Origin: Octopus sinensis
Taxonomy: Eukaryota
Direction: 5' to 3'
DNA length: 64,000 bases
NCBI RefSeq assembly: GCF_006345805.1
Contig: NC_043004.1
Coordinates: 17,794,001 to 17,858,000 of the forward strand
The notes under the pieces were generated by a model. The model had not been told where the DNA came from, made no database searches, and worked only from the letters and a program-made list of their open reading frames with translations. The number at the start of each line of letters is the position of its first letter. Position 1 is the first letter of the stretch. Positions 50,020 to 63,991 of this stretch are shown here, one piece after another. Made by a program: the position numbers and the translations under genes.

Positions 50020-50813
50020 TAATAGTAGTAACAATGAAAACAGACGTGAGATATACAGGGATATTGTATCTGCAGTTCCATTATTTATATATACATATAT
50101 ATACGTCTCTGTCTCTCTCTCTCCATATATATACATACACACACACACACATATTTGGGATTTATTACTTACCGTTGTATTATTATCAATGTCTTACCAA
50201 CACCACGTGTATCAATAAGATTTCTTTTATTGTTGGGTGTACTGTTAATGTTAGTCTTTTTATTTCAGTTATCATTATTGTTATTAATGAAGGCGGCGAG
50301 CTGGCAGAATTGTTACTGTGCCGGATAAAATGTTTAACGGTATTCCGTCTTTACGTTCTAAGTTCAAATTCCGCAGAGTTCGACTTTGCTGTTCATGTTT
50401 TCAGAGTCGGTAAAGTCAGAGCCAGTTGAGTAATGGGGCCAAATTACTGGCCTTGTACGAAAAATTAGGAAGGGTTATTATTGCTATCATTAAGGAGGAA
50501 TGCTGGCACAATCGTTAGAACAGCGGACAAAATGCTGTTAAGCGTAAAATAAATATCAGTTGAACATTGGGGTTTATGTGATCGGCTAATCCCTCCCTCA
50601 AAAATGCCTGGCTTTGTGCTCCTAGAAGAAACGATTATTAAGATGGCAGGGTTGCAGAATCCTTACTGCACCGGAAAAAATGCTAAGCAGAATTTCTTCC
50701 GTTCTTTATGTTCTGAATTCAAATTCTGCTGAAGCTCACTTTGCCGTTTATCCAATCGTCTAATCCTCTTTTATCCAAAATTGGTGGTCTACAGCCAAAA
50801 TTAGAAACAACTA

Positions 50814-51041
50814 CAGGGCGTTCGAAAGTCTCTCAGCAGTGGATTTTTTTCATCCTGAGTCTCCAAGATGTATTTCGAAACATGTGTAGAATAGTCAATT
50901 TATGCATTGTAAATGAAGGACGACACTTTCAACACCTCTTATAAAGTTTTTTAAAGTCTCATAAAGTCTAGTATATTCTTTTGTAGTCTTTTACCCTCTT
51001 ATAAATATTCATTTATGCCGAGAGACTTTTTGAACACCCTA
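50814..51041. mobile_element. Short Tc1/mariner deletion derivative (MITE)
   Basis: TIRs CAGGGCGTTCGAAAGTCTCTC / GAGAGACTTTTTGAACACCCT with TA flanks. Internal CIVNEGRHFQHLL* resembles a transposase C-terminus. Confidence 0.7.
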
Positions 51042-51309
51042 TATAATTGTTTTTGATTTTGGCTGAAATTATTATTATCATTATTATTTCTGAAGTGTAG
51101 GAAGAAAGTTAGCTTCAAGGAATCCGTAGTAAATATAAAAAAACATCTTTCAGGGACTATAGTACTTTATGGAGATTGAACGTTGTGGATTTTGTTCGTA
51201 TCGAAGAACACTAAGCTGAAAAAGTTATTTTTTATATTCCACAGTAGGCGACCAGGGATGCCGGGTGTGCGAATAAGAATACAAAAGTTACGGAATGAAG
51301 TGGGTGAGA

Positions 51310-51609
51310 TACGAGCTATATATGTTTCATAACGGGTGGAACTTCAGAAGTGGTAAAAATCCAAGCGAGATATATACTGGAGGCTACTCTTCGGGTTAAA
51401 AATATTTTGATTGAATTGAAGGTTGCATTGGCGCAAGGATGTACATATTGACGCATGAATCTTCCATGCATCATGTTCATCCTTGCGACAATGTAATCTT
51501 TAATTTAATCAAGATATCCTTCACTTGAATAGTAGCCGGTTATATACACCTCGCTTGGATTTTTACTACTTCTGAGGTTCCGCCCTTTATGAAACATACG
51601 TGACTCGGA
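51310..51609. mobile_element. Palindromic MITE (mariner-type TACGAG end)
   Basis: About 300-bp imperfect fold-back: tatgtttcataacgggtggaacttcagaagtggtaaaaatccaagcgag ... ctcgcttggatttttactacttctgaggttccgccctttatgaaacata. Confidence 0.75.
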
Positions 51610-51638
51610 TCTTAGCTACTCCATTCCGTAACTCTTGC

Positions 51639-51690
<52 letters not shown>

Positions 51691-51703
51691 GTATGTATGT
51701 GTC

Positions 51704-51751
<48 letters not shown>

Positions 51752-52161
51752 ATATACTCTTTTACATGTTTCAGTCATTTGACTGTGGCCATGCTGGAGC
51801 ACCGCCTTTAGTCGAGCAAATCGACCCCGGGACTTATTCTTTGTAAGCCCAGTACTTATTCTATCGGTCTCTTTTGCCGAACCGCTAAGTTATGGGGACG
51901 TAAACATACCAGCATCGGTTGTCAAGCAATGCTAGGGGGACAAACACAGACACACAAACACATACACACACATACATATATATATATATATACATATATA
52001 CGACAGGCTTCTTTCAGTTTCCGTCTACCAAATCCACTCACAAGGCATTGGTCGGCCCGGGGCTATAGCAGAAGAAACTTGCCCAAGATGCCACGCAGTG
52101 GGACTGAACCCGGAACCATGTGGTTTGTTAGCAAGCTACTTACCACACAGCCACTCCTGCG

Positions 52162-52209
<48 letters not shown>

Positions 52210-52214
52210 TTATA

Positions 52215-53105
52215 TTGGATTATCCTATAGATAATGCGGGGTTTTTCAACTATAATTTGGAGGGGGTCGGGATAAACTACTTGCATCAAATTGCTATTAA
52301 AGCAGATAGTAATTTTACCTTGTCCTTATTCTTAGTGCAAGTTTTGAAAAGTGCAGTTTGATTTTAACAGTTATTTTTCAAAGCTCTAATGGATGTGACA
52401 AAAGAGCATATTCGGCATATTTTGCTTTAGGAGTTCAATAAAGGCAACAGCGCAACGGAAAGTGCGAGGAATATTAATGCAGTATATGTGGATCGCACAA
52501 TAAGCGTAAGCCAGTGTCAACGGTGGTTCTAAGACTTCCGAGCCGGACACTACAGTCTAGAAAAAGAGCCTCATCCTGGAAGATCTGTAGACATCGACGA
52601 GGATGTCCTGGTAGAACAAAATCCCATCGTAACTGTTGAAGAACTAGAAGAGAAGCTTGGATTTGGTCATTCAAATATTCATCGACGCTTGCGTGCCATC
52701 GGAGAAGTCAGCAAATTGGATCAATGAGTTCCTCAAAAACTTTCCGAGTCTAATGCTCGGCCACATACAGCAAAGATGACATTCCAAAGGCTGGATCAGT
52801 TTGAATGGGAAACGATGCCCCATCCACAATTTAGTTGTACATTGCCTCATCTGATTATCATTTATTTCACCATCTTCAAAATCATTTGATCGGAAAAATT
52901 ATGAATTCTGTAGACGAGGTCAGAACACTACTGAATGAATATTTTTCGTCACGTACAAGTGAATTTTGGAAGAGGGGTCTTGCAAGTCTACCAGATAGAT
53001 GTAGAAAATGAAGTAGAGTATATTTTAGATTAAGAAAGAACTTTGAATATCTTAATTTTGAAAAATAAAAGTATAAAACACTGCATTATTTATGGGATGA
53101 CCCCA
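52215..53105 (+). mobile_element. Internally deleted mariner with both TIRs
   Basis: MDVTKEHIRHILL*EFNKG...QRWF...PGR...*VPQKL fused directly to (N)ARPHTAK. TIRs ttggattatcctatagataatgc / gcattatttatgggatgacccca with TA flanks. Confidence 0.85.
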
Positions 53106-53130
53106 TACGTATGTATATACACATATGTTC

Positions 53131-53735
53131 AGAATAATAAGGTAATCAGAATGCTGGATGATTATATATATTTTTTATTTACACTTTTTGCGCTTTCTTC
53201 CGTTATTGGATTTATCAAAAAGTGGTTTAAAGTTAGATTTTTGGAATTATTATATCTGAAATATGTGTGGGGTTTACCAACCAAGAGAGAAGAAAGAAGG
53301 AAAAAAATTTACAAGGAGTGAGGGGTAAAGAGGCATGGCTTTTGTATTGGTATGGTCAGATTTGTTTGTTTAGTAGCTTGTGATCTTTTAGGGTGGGGGA
53401 GGAAAAATAATTTTTGTATTTGAATTGATCAAGTTTTTTAAATACAAAAATTATTTTTCCTTTCCCACCCTAAAAGGTCAGTAACTACTAAACAAACAAG
53501 TCTGACTATACCAATACAAATCCACGCCTCTTTACCTCCCCCTCATTTTCAAAAACATTGTTTCTTCTTTCTTCTCCCTTGCTTGGCAATGTTCTATATA
53601 TAAAAAGGCCATGAAATCTAATTTTAAACCACTTTTTGATAAATCCGATAACGGAAGAAAGCGCTGAAAAATGTAAATAATATGTAAATAAAAAATATAT
53701 ACAATTATCCAACGTTCTGACTACCTTATTATTCT
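53131..53735. repeat. About 600-bp imperfect palindrome (fold-back element)
   Basis: Arms of about 290 bp mirror each other around 53422-53439. The inner 21 bp are perfect (GGAAAAATAATTTTTGTATTT). Confidence 0.85.
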
Positions 53736-53987
53736 AAATATACAATATCTGTACATCAGTTCAAAAACTCTCGCTCTCTCTCTCTCTCTGTATATGTACA
53801 CACACACACACACATATATATATATTATATATATATATATATATTGAAATGGAATCTTGTTAAGGATTATTCAAAATTTAACCGATCCCGGGTAGCAAAA
53901 ATCACAACAGAAAAGACACGGTTAAAGTTACGACCTTGGGGGTGTCTCAACCGTGCCTTAGCGCGGATAATTGAAGTTCAATATATT

Positions 53988-54166
53988 TAGTGAAGGGAAG
54001 AAATGGAGCTGAACGAAGATTCTACATAATTCCTTTTATTATCTTCTACACATGTTTCAAAGCCGCAAATCCGAATTTGGAAATTTGCGGCCTTTGAAAC
54101 ATGTGTAGAAGATAATAAAAGGAATTATGTAGAATCTCCGTTCAGCTCCATTTCTTCCCTTCACTA
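53988..54166. repeat. Inverted repeat (about 83-bp arms) made of two 3' halves of a hammerhead-like pseudo-LTR
   Basis: Arms 53988-54070 and 54083-54166 differ by one mismatch and one indel. Each reads ATTTGCGGC(C)TTT-GAAA-CATGTG-TA|GAAG outward from the centre. Confidence 0.75.
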
Positions 54167-54171
54167 TATAA

Positions 54172-54211
<40 letters not shown>

Positions 54212-56297
54212 ATGTAAACACACGAGAGTGAGTTTCTGCATATGAAAGTACGTCTACGTTCTTATATCCATAAGCATTAGAAAATGGAATTTTAATGACG
54301 TTTCTCAATTTAAGTAGTTGTTCAAATATTTCTGGAAGCCATGTATCACCAGAGTCACCTTATCTCTTCTAATTTTGAACCGAGATATGATTAGTTATAT
54401 TGTTTCCGCGGCGTTTAGAACATTTACACATAACCAATTCAATTTTGTCTCAAACTAAATTACGTTCTATGATTAAAGAAACGTGTTCTAGATGCAGTTT
54501 TCGATTCCCCCAAATCTTATGATTAATCAATATTTTATAATATGTATAACTTACGAGCATGCATTCCGCATGACCATAGACGTGCAGTGACACTGAAACG
54601 TGGATGGTATTCTTAATTTATGACATGCAAAATAGCAAATGAAATAAGAAAAATCTAACAAAATTATGTAATAATCGTCTCGGTTTTCTTAACCTTTTTC
54701 ATGAATCAATATGAATTTTCTTTAGCTGGATTTAAAAGAAGGATCACTTATTTAAGTTTAGATTTCTAGAAGGTTCATTTTCTGAAATATAGCGGTTGCT
54801 ATTTATCTGCCTTTACTAGATGCATCGGTGGGCTGCTTGCAGAATGGTTAGGAGGTCGGGCAAAATGTTTAGTGGCATTTCTTCTGGATGTTTAAGATCT
54901 AATTTCAAATCACGCCGAAATCAACTTTACCTTTTATCTCGTCGGGGTTGTTAAAATAAAGTATCAATCAAGTACTAGGGGTCGATGTAGTGGCCTTGCC
55001 CCGTCCCCTCATAATTGCTGACCCTGAGCCCTGCAACGGACTGGCATCTCCTTCAGGGGGAAATTTTATGATCTCGATCGCTTATACAACATGGAAAGCG
55101 AGTAATCAGCCTGGTGAATTCTAAGTTCTCGAAGACAAAAAAAACAAAAATCAAAGAAAAAACATTTACATGCATGGATGCTAGTGTAGATGACCGACAT
55201 TAAATTACCATTGGCACCTTTCCTCCGATGGTTTTTGGGTGAGGTAAGGGGGTGGGAACTACCGGTAGGCTTCTTTACTACAATAGAAGAAAACCAGTTA
55301 CATTCATTGGACTTCACACGGGATAATAAATCCTTGAATTCTTAGTGACAGAGATAGAAATAGAGATAGATAGATAGATAGATAGAGAGATAGAGCAAGG
55401 TGTTTTACTTATTATTCAAGTATTAAATCTTAAAAAAAACACCTGCTATATCGTCAGGCATCCGACGGCCTGTGGCAGGTGTTTTCGTATCACATGATGT
55501 ATGAATAATGAATAAAATACTGTGTTACTGAAAAACGTGTAGCATGGATTGAACTGGTTTTGTCTTTCCTTATCCATTTATTTAATTTAATAACCGAATG
55601 ATAAACATAATGTTACTATCGAGACTGGAGGCTGTGGATCACCTGTCATCTTTTAATTATCGTTCATAGTTTTATAATGGAACGGCGGAATATTTTAATT
55701 GGTTAACTGATTTATTGATGTTCCCTCTCTGTAAACTGCCCACCAATGACATACTAGAAGCTTCTGAGCTAATAAGCGTGACCGACGTGATTCAGACTGA
55801 CACACACACATGTATATATATATATATATATATATATACATAGATAAACATTCACACATACATACGTGTGTATATATCTGTGTGTGCGTGCGTGTATTGG
55901 GAATATATATTTATTTATTTATGCACCCTTTTCAAGCCTAGCCAGGCTCATGGGCCCGGTTTCCCGGTTTCTGCGGCGTTTGTGTCGCCCCCCCCCTACG
56001 CAGTTGGATGGGACGCCAGTCCATCGCAGCGTTACCCACGAAACAGGAAGAGTGAGAGAAAGTTAGAGCGAAAGTATACAACAAGGGTCGCCACCACTCA
56101 CTGCCGGAGTCTCGTGGAGCTTTAGGTGTTTTCGGTGACTAAACACACACAACGCCTGGTCTGGGAATCGAAACCGCGATCCTCCGACCGCGAGTCCGCT
56201 GCCCTAACCGTTTGGCCATTACGCCTCCATGGGAATATATGAATATGAATATATATATATATATTTATATATATATATATTTTTGAACCGAGATATG

Positions 56298-56332
<35 letters not shown>

Positions 56333-56349
56333 CATACATACATACATAA

Positions 56350-56448
<99 letters not shown>

Positions 56449-59314
56449 CGATTATATTTAGAAATTAAACATTTTTTTCTTTTAATCATTAAGTACAGAT
56501 GTAAAATAAGCTCCGATATCATGACACTGCCGTTATTTGTTAAAATAAAACAAGTTCCCTGATGGTGATATATGTGTTCACCTTGTTACAGATATCTTAA
56601 ACAAATATCCTCGTGGTATTTCGTTTTGCTTGACAAAATTGTTTATCATTTCAGTTTTTACACAAGTTCGTCTATACATGTCGTCTGAAAGGTTTTTACA
56701 GCGTCATTAAAATGAATATTTTGTTATTACTAATTATATTTATGACTTAATTAGAAGTAAACTCGAGACTGTTGGCATTTGAAACCTTTTGGAACTGACG
56801 TTAATTGACATAAGGGAAAACAAAGTTAGAATGCAAAGACTTCGCAATTAAAATCAAAATGACACGTTTTCTCACTGTAGTGATTCACTTAAATTCATCT
56901 GTTTTTCTCAATACATTCATGAAAAACTCTAACGAGAATTGGAATTTATAGGTGTGTGAGTATTTACATATAATTTGATTGATAATGTCGCAAACTGTTG
57001 CATAAATTGTTTACTAAGCGCTGATGTGCTGACATACTTAAATTGCACAATATACTTGTGTATACTTTACGCATGTTTACTATATGTTTATGTGTGTGTA
57101 TGTGTGTGTGTGTGTGTGCGTGTGTGTATGTATGTGTATGTGTGTTTGTGTGTGTGTACGTGTGCATGGGCTTATGTGTGTATGTATACGTATATTTACG
57201 TGAATTACGCAAAAAGTAAAGTCATATACAAATATGAAATGTTCGAACAAATAAGTTTCCGCAATTTGAAGTTATAAGCCTTCATTTCTTGAAGAATGAG
57301 ATTTTCCAGTTCTTCTGATTTTTAATATTAGTAATAATAAGAGTTAAATATATATGAACAATTTTTAGTTTAAATTATATAATCTGATATTAGGCAGATT
57401 TTTTGCATTTATAAAACTTCAACTTCTCTGGTTACAGTAACGCTTGATTTTATTCAGAGTAACACAAACACTATTACATTCCCAAAATGTAACAATAATA
57501 TATCTGTTGCTGTGGAAATCGATTTTAAATGAACAGCTTAGATTTCGTATTTAAAATTATATTAGGCATTATTGGAACTAATTTAATAAAGAAAATCTGC
57601 TGAATAATAACAAATTTACGAAATTCTACGTGAATCTATCGCTTCCTAGGTGACTGTGTCATGAAGAGAAACAGTTTATATTATATTCTATCATACAATA
57701 GTTCAGTGCAGGCGTGGCTGTGGTAAGAAGTTTGCTTCACAGTCACATGTATCCGATTTCAATCCCACTGCGTGTCTTTTGGTCGGTCGACCAGAACTTT
57801 GTGAATGCATCTGGTAGACGGAAACTGAAAAAGGCGATCACATAATAGGGGTGGGTGTGTTGGTATGTGTATGTGTGTGTATATATATATATAATATATA
57901 TATATATAATATATAATATATGTGTGTGTGTGTGTGTGTATGTGCATGTGTGTGTGTGTATGTGAGTTTTTGTGTCTGTCCTTGTTTGTCCTCTCTGTAT
58001 CTAGCCCCTTGTCGGTAGTAAAGAAATAGGTATTTCGTCTGACGCTACGTTCTGAGTTCAAATTCCGCCGAGGTCGACTTTGCCTTTCATCCTTTCGGGG
58101 TCGATTAAATAAGTACCAGTTACGCACTGGGGTCGATATCATCGACTTAATACGTTTCTCTGTCCATGTTTGTTCTCTCTGTGCTTAGCCCCTTGTGGGT
58201 AGTAAAGAAATAGGTATTTCGTCTGTCTTTACGTTCTATGTTCAAAATTCCACCGAGGTCGACTTTGCCTTTCATCCTTTCGGGGTCGATAAATTAAGTA
58301 CCAGTTGCGTACTGGGGTTGATCTAATCGACTGGCTTCCTCCCCCCAAATTTCGGGCCTTGTGCCTAGAGTAGAAAAGATTATTACATCCATCTCCTTGT
58401 ACCTGTAGTAGTCCTCTTCTAAACAACTGTTTCATATTTCACATTTCGTTCCCTTAACACCTTTTCAACTGTAACGGTTTATTTCTCTTATGAATACTAA
58501 ACCACCGCTAAATATACTGCTTATAGTTTCTACCTTTCACATTGAGCACTAACCTGTTTTACACGAAACATTTGAATCTTGCCGTAGAAGTTCTTCAACT
58601 AACAATTTTCCTGTCTTCAAATAACAATCTTACAATAGCTTACGGATTTTACTTTTATCTCTGAAACTTCTTTTTACACTTAATTTTAGACTATTGAATG
58701 TTTTGAAATCTGATAAGCATATAACTATTTGGCTTCGTTTACCCATTAAATAATTACTTCTCTTATATACATGCATCTGATAGCTAAGTTCTTCGTCTGT
58801 CACATATGATATCATCTATATTTACCATCATTGTTTCTCTAGATTCTCTTGTTTTCTTCTGTATGTTCGCTTTCTACCAATATTTGTTGTAACCAGATCT
58901 GGTTTTACATAGCTATTTTGGCTTGCCTCTCTGTATCTATCTATATATGTATTTATGTACTTGCCACTCTCTATATATCTATGAATTTATACACATAAAT
59001 ATATGAGTTTTATATTTATGTGATATGCATATCTATGAATATATGCCGTGTATACATGTATATATATATATATATATAATATATATATATATATAGCTTT
59101 TATCTTTTACTTGTTTCAGTCATTAGACAGCAGCCATGCTGGGGCACCACACTGAAGAGTTTTAGTCGAACGAATTGACACCAGTACTTTTTTAGAGCCT
59201 GGTACTTATTCTATCGGTGTGTTTTGCCGAACTATTAAGTTACGGGGACGTTTACAAACCAACACCGGTTGTCAAGCGTTGGTGGAGAGAAACACAAACA
59301 CAAAGGCACACACA

Positions 59315-59355
<41 letters not shown>

Positions 59356-60023
59356 GCGACGGGCTTCTTTCACACACACACACACACATATATGTGTGTG
59401 TGTGTGTGTACATGCATACATATGTACGTACGTACATGCATACATACATACATACATACACACATACATGTTGAAAACGTGCTTGCGAGTTCTTTTACGG
59501 GGCGTAGGAAAAAGTCAAGTACTGCTGGAATACGTATATCAATCTGATGGAGAGTGTGTTGAATGAAATCATGATTCGCTGATCCCCTGTATTTTCTTTT
59601 ACCCAAAACCAGTCACTTTCCAGCACCTCCTTGTACATACATACATATTTTCTATACGCGTGTATGTTTACTAACGAATGGAAGGAGAAAACAGCGCATA
59701 CTGCTATTCAAGAACATTTGTGTATGAAGTTATTTTGAGGAATCACTTTTCACTTCTCTCGCATCCTGGGGCATACTTTTCGAAATGTCAAGCTTTTTCC
59801 CAGTGCACATAAAAGCAACTTTACGCAATATCGATAAATACAATATTTGCAATATACAAATAAACAGAATTTTCCCTGGCGTAGGAGAGCATCAGCAGTT
59901 TTTTTCTGAATTCCGCTTTTTCGTTTTTACCTATCCATGAATACATGTTTGTATGCATATATGTATTACGTATTTATGTATGTATGTATGTATGTATGTA
60001 TGTATGTATGTATGTATGTATTC

Positions 60024-60085
<62 letters not shown>

Positions 60086-60088
60086 TTA

Positions 60089-60128
<40 letters not shown>

Positions 60129-60135
60129 TTCTATC

Positions 60136-60184
<49 letters not shown>

Positions 60185-60522
60185 GAATGTGTGTGTGTAT
60201 GTATATATTTGTACGGACACACACACACGTGTGTGTGTGTGAGTATATATATATATTTATGTGTGTATGTGTGTGTAGGAATATATATATATATATATAT
60301 GTATATACTTATTCTTTTTTTATTCTTGCATTTGCTTCAGTCATTTGACTGCGGGCATGCTGGAGCACCGCCTTAGTCGAACAAATAGACCCCAGGATTT
60401 ATTCCTTGTAAGCCTTGTACTTAATCTATCGGTCTCTTTTGTCGAACCGTGAGATTACAGGAACGTAAACATACCGACTTTAGTTGTCAAGCGATGGTGG
60501 AGGGACAATCACAGACACACAA

Positions 60523-60625
<103 letters not shown>

Positions 60626-61941
60626 GACAGGCCTTTTTCAGTTTCCGTCTACCAAATCCACTCACAAGGCTTTCGTCGGCTCGAAGCTATAGGAGAAGTG
60701 GTACTGAACCCGAAACCATGAGGTTGGTAAGCAAGCTACTTACCACACAGCTACTCCTGCGAACGTTAATCTTATAGATTGTGTGTGTCTGTGTGTCTGT
60801 GTGTGCATATATACATACATACATTTACACATGCACTTGTATGTATACACGCAAATTCCCGTGCATATGTGTATATATACACACATATATTCGAATCACT
60901 CAATCATATTACCATTCATTCAATCGAAGAAAGTAGCGTGACCGTATATAAGAACAAAAATACGGTCTAAACGCATCGAAATATAAGTCATCAGTATATT
61001 GATGTTTGACAGGCTAGGCAAAAAATACCATACCATATGCATGAACATACTATATATTGACGTGAAAATTCAGGTGATATTTTCATATCTTCTCTGGTGT
61101 GTTATATAGCAAATAAAATGTGGCGATAATTGCTAATTAAGATTTTTTGTTGATGAACAAACAGTTTTTTTTAAAGTTACATAAGCCTTGTTAAAAAGCA
61201 TGACGTTTTCTATGCATTCATTATTAATCATATTTCAGTGTGCTTGTGTTTAGTTATTGCTTGTTTATTTTCGTGGTGCTTTCATGTAATTTCCTCAGTG
61301 TATTTAATGTATTAAATAGTTTCCTTCGTTTCTTATCACAAATGTTAACCGATCCATATACCTGCGTGAATGCCTGTGGTTAAGTGCATGTGGTTAAGTG
61401 CATAGGTTAAATGCATTTGATTAAGTGCGTGTGGAGAGATGTATTAAACAAGATTATGAACTGGAGTTCAAAACTGAAATTAATAAGATCTATCGTTGTT
61501 GAGATAACGCTAAAACATAAAATATCTAATAATTTCAAAACTTTATTGATACACGTTATGCGCACATAAAGTTTATGTTTTGAGACCATCACAGTTCTAA
61601 ACTGAAATTAATGAAGCTTTATCATTATGGATATCACGCTTAATCATAAAGTATATATCGACTTAAAAATACATGTATCTATAAAAATGTTATATAGAAA
61701 TTAAGGTTTTGAGAAGAATTTTCGGGAAGAATTTTATTAATGAAAACGAAAGCTAAACTCTTGCCAGCGCCGTTGATCTCTTTTCCTAATTACGTACATA
61801 ACTAATGGAATAATTTTATATTTCGTGCAATATTTGCCTTGATGTGAAAAGGCATATATTTTTTTGTATTTTCATGTGTATATATCCGAGTAGTATGAAC
61901 AATTATATATGTATGCGTGTGTGTATCTATGTATATGTATG

Positions 61942-62000
<59 letters not shown>

Positions 62001-62859
62001 TAATATATATATATGTATATATATATGCGGCAAAATGTCTGTCTGTCCTTTATACAAATCCCAGTTTTTCACGTAAAAGGCTCGCATTTTCTATGGGCTT
62101 TCAAAACTGTCTATATATATATATGGATATTTATTATATATAACGATTATGTATTAAATATTTTATTCAGTCACTGACTTATTTTTGAGTAGTTTATACT
62201 AGGTAACCGGACATAACTTCTTTTTGACCTTGACACCTGGAATAATTCATAAGTACCTACCTACATACATACATACATTCCTACATACATACATACATAC
62301 CTACATACATACATGCCTGCATGCATACATAGGAACGACAAATGAAATTGAAAGAAGACGCCAAAACTTCCCCTCTGCGAGATTATTTTATTCAACAGCA
62401 AAGGGAGCTATTTTTTTCTGAGAGATAAGCTAACAAAAGCCCCTCTATTCTGTCTTCCCACATAGCCTGCGGATAAACTAACAGCGAATGCCGCATAAAG
62501 TTAAATTGGCATGGAACTTTCTGAAAGATTCTTATAGCTTTCGCTACTGGAAGCAAAACTTATTTAAAGGTTAATTCTTTGGGACGAATCATATGTGATT
62601 GTTTTAAAAAGGCTAGAACAATAATGCTAAAACGTATTTGAAACTATGGACAACAGTCGAAATATCATAATGGATTAGTAAATAAGCATCCTTAAATTAA
62701 AACAACATTATCAAAGGTAAACAAAGGTATCAACAAATATAAGAGAGAGAAGGGAACATCACTTTTCAAGTAACTCAGATTAGGTAAAGGTAAGCTTGCC
62801 AAAGTTTAATGCAGTTTAAATATGGAGATTAAGATTGTTTGGTATTGGATATTCATCGC

Positions 62860-63621
62860 GTATAGTGTTCCTAGTGATCACGTGTATACTGTAGTCTGCG
62901 ATTTTGTCATGGACAAAAACAAAGAGCCAGCGTGAAGTTTTGCGTTAAACTTGGGTATTCTGCCGCAGAGTCATTGAGCATGCTTCAGTAAGCTTTCAGC
63001 AGCGAGGCAATGGATCATATGCAATGTTTCAAGTTGCACGGGCGCTTCAAAAGCAGAAGAACATTCTTGGAAGACGATGAGCAATCTGGAAGACCCATCA
63101 CAGGAAATGTTGTATTGCGTATCGTCCCGCAGGACCAGACTGTCAATGGATAATTCTACTACGACGTTTTGAAGCGTTTGAAAAGAGGCGAATATTCGGC
63201 GAAAGCGACCGGTTCTGTAGAACGCAAAGAATTGGATTCTTCACGACGATAATGCAGTCAGTCACCAGGCATCTCCTCACTCATGAGTTTCTCGCCATAA
63301 GTAACATTGTATCGCTTCCACACCCACCCTATTCCCCAGATTTAGCACCTGTGGATTTCCATCTCTTCCCGAAGATGAAAATGCAGCTCAAAGACCGTCG
63401 TTCTAACACCGTTGTCGAGATCCAGGGCGAATCGCAGAAGGTCTTCGACTTGTTTATGGAAAATGACTTCCAGGCCGGATTCAAAAAATGGTAGGGAAGT
63501 TTGGACCAGTGTATTGCTGTGCAAGGTGACTAATTCGAAGGAGCTGATGTTAAAACTTAGATAAATAAATTACTTTTTATTAAACATAACTAGTCCTGGA
63601 ACCTTTTAATACCATCTCGTA
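62860..63621 (+). mobile_element. Internally deleted mariner (irritans-like)
   Basis: VKFCVKLG, DDEQSGRP fused to VPQDQTVN, WILHDDNA, LPHPPYSPDLAPVDFHLFPKMK. The 3' TIR ends ...ccatctcgTA. Confidence 0.85.
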
Positions 63622-63956
63622 TATAAATGATACGAGGAGTTTTCGTCGAGGTAACTCAATCTAATAGGTGTGTACTCTGAATGCTCAATTTGGTATGCCA
63701 CTAAAATTCTGGTTTGAACTACAGTTGAACATGTGATTTTGTGACTGCCTTTTCTAAAGCGGCTGGAAGTAGCTACCCTTTGAGCTGGGAGGAATATGTT
63801 AAAACAGAAAAGAAAAGGGAAAGGTTAACAGTTTGTTAAGACTTGACAAGGACATTTAATTTATCTACTTATCTATCTATCTCCTCTCCCCCCCTCTCTC
63901 TCTATCTCTCGATATATATATATATACATACAGACGTACATATATATATATATATA

Positions 63957-63991
<35 letters not shown>

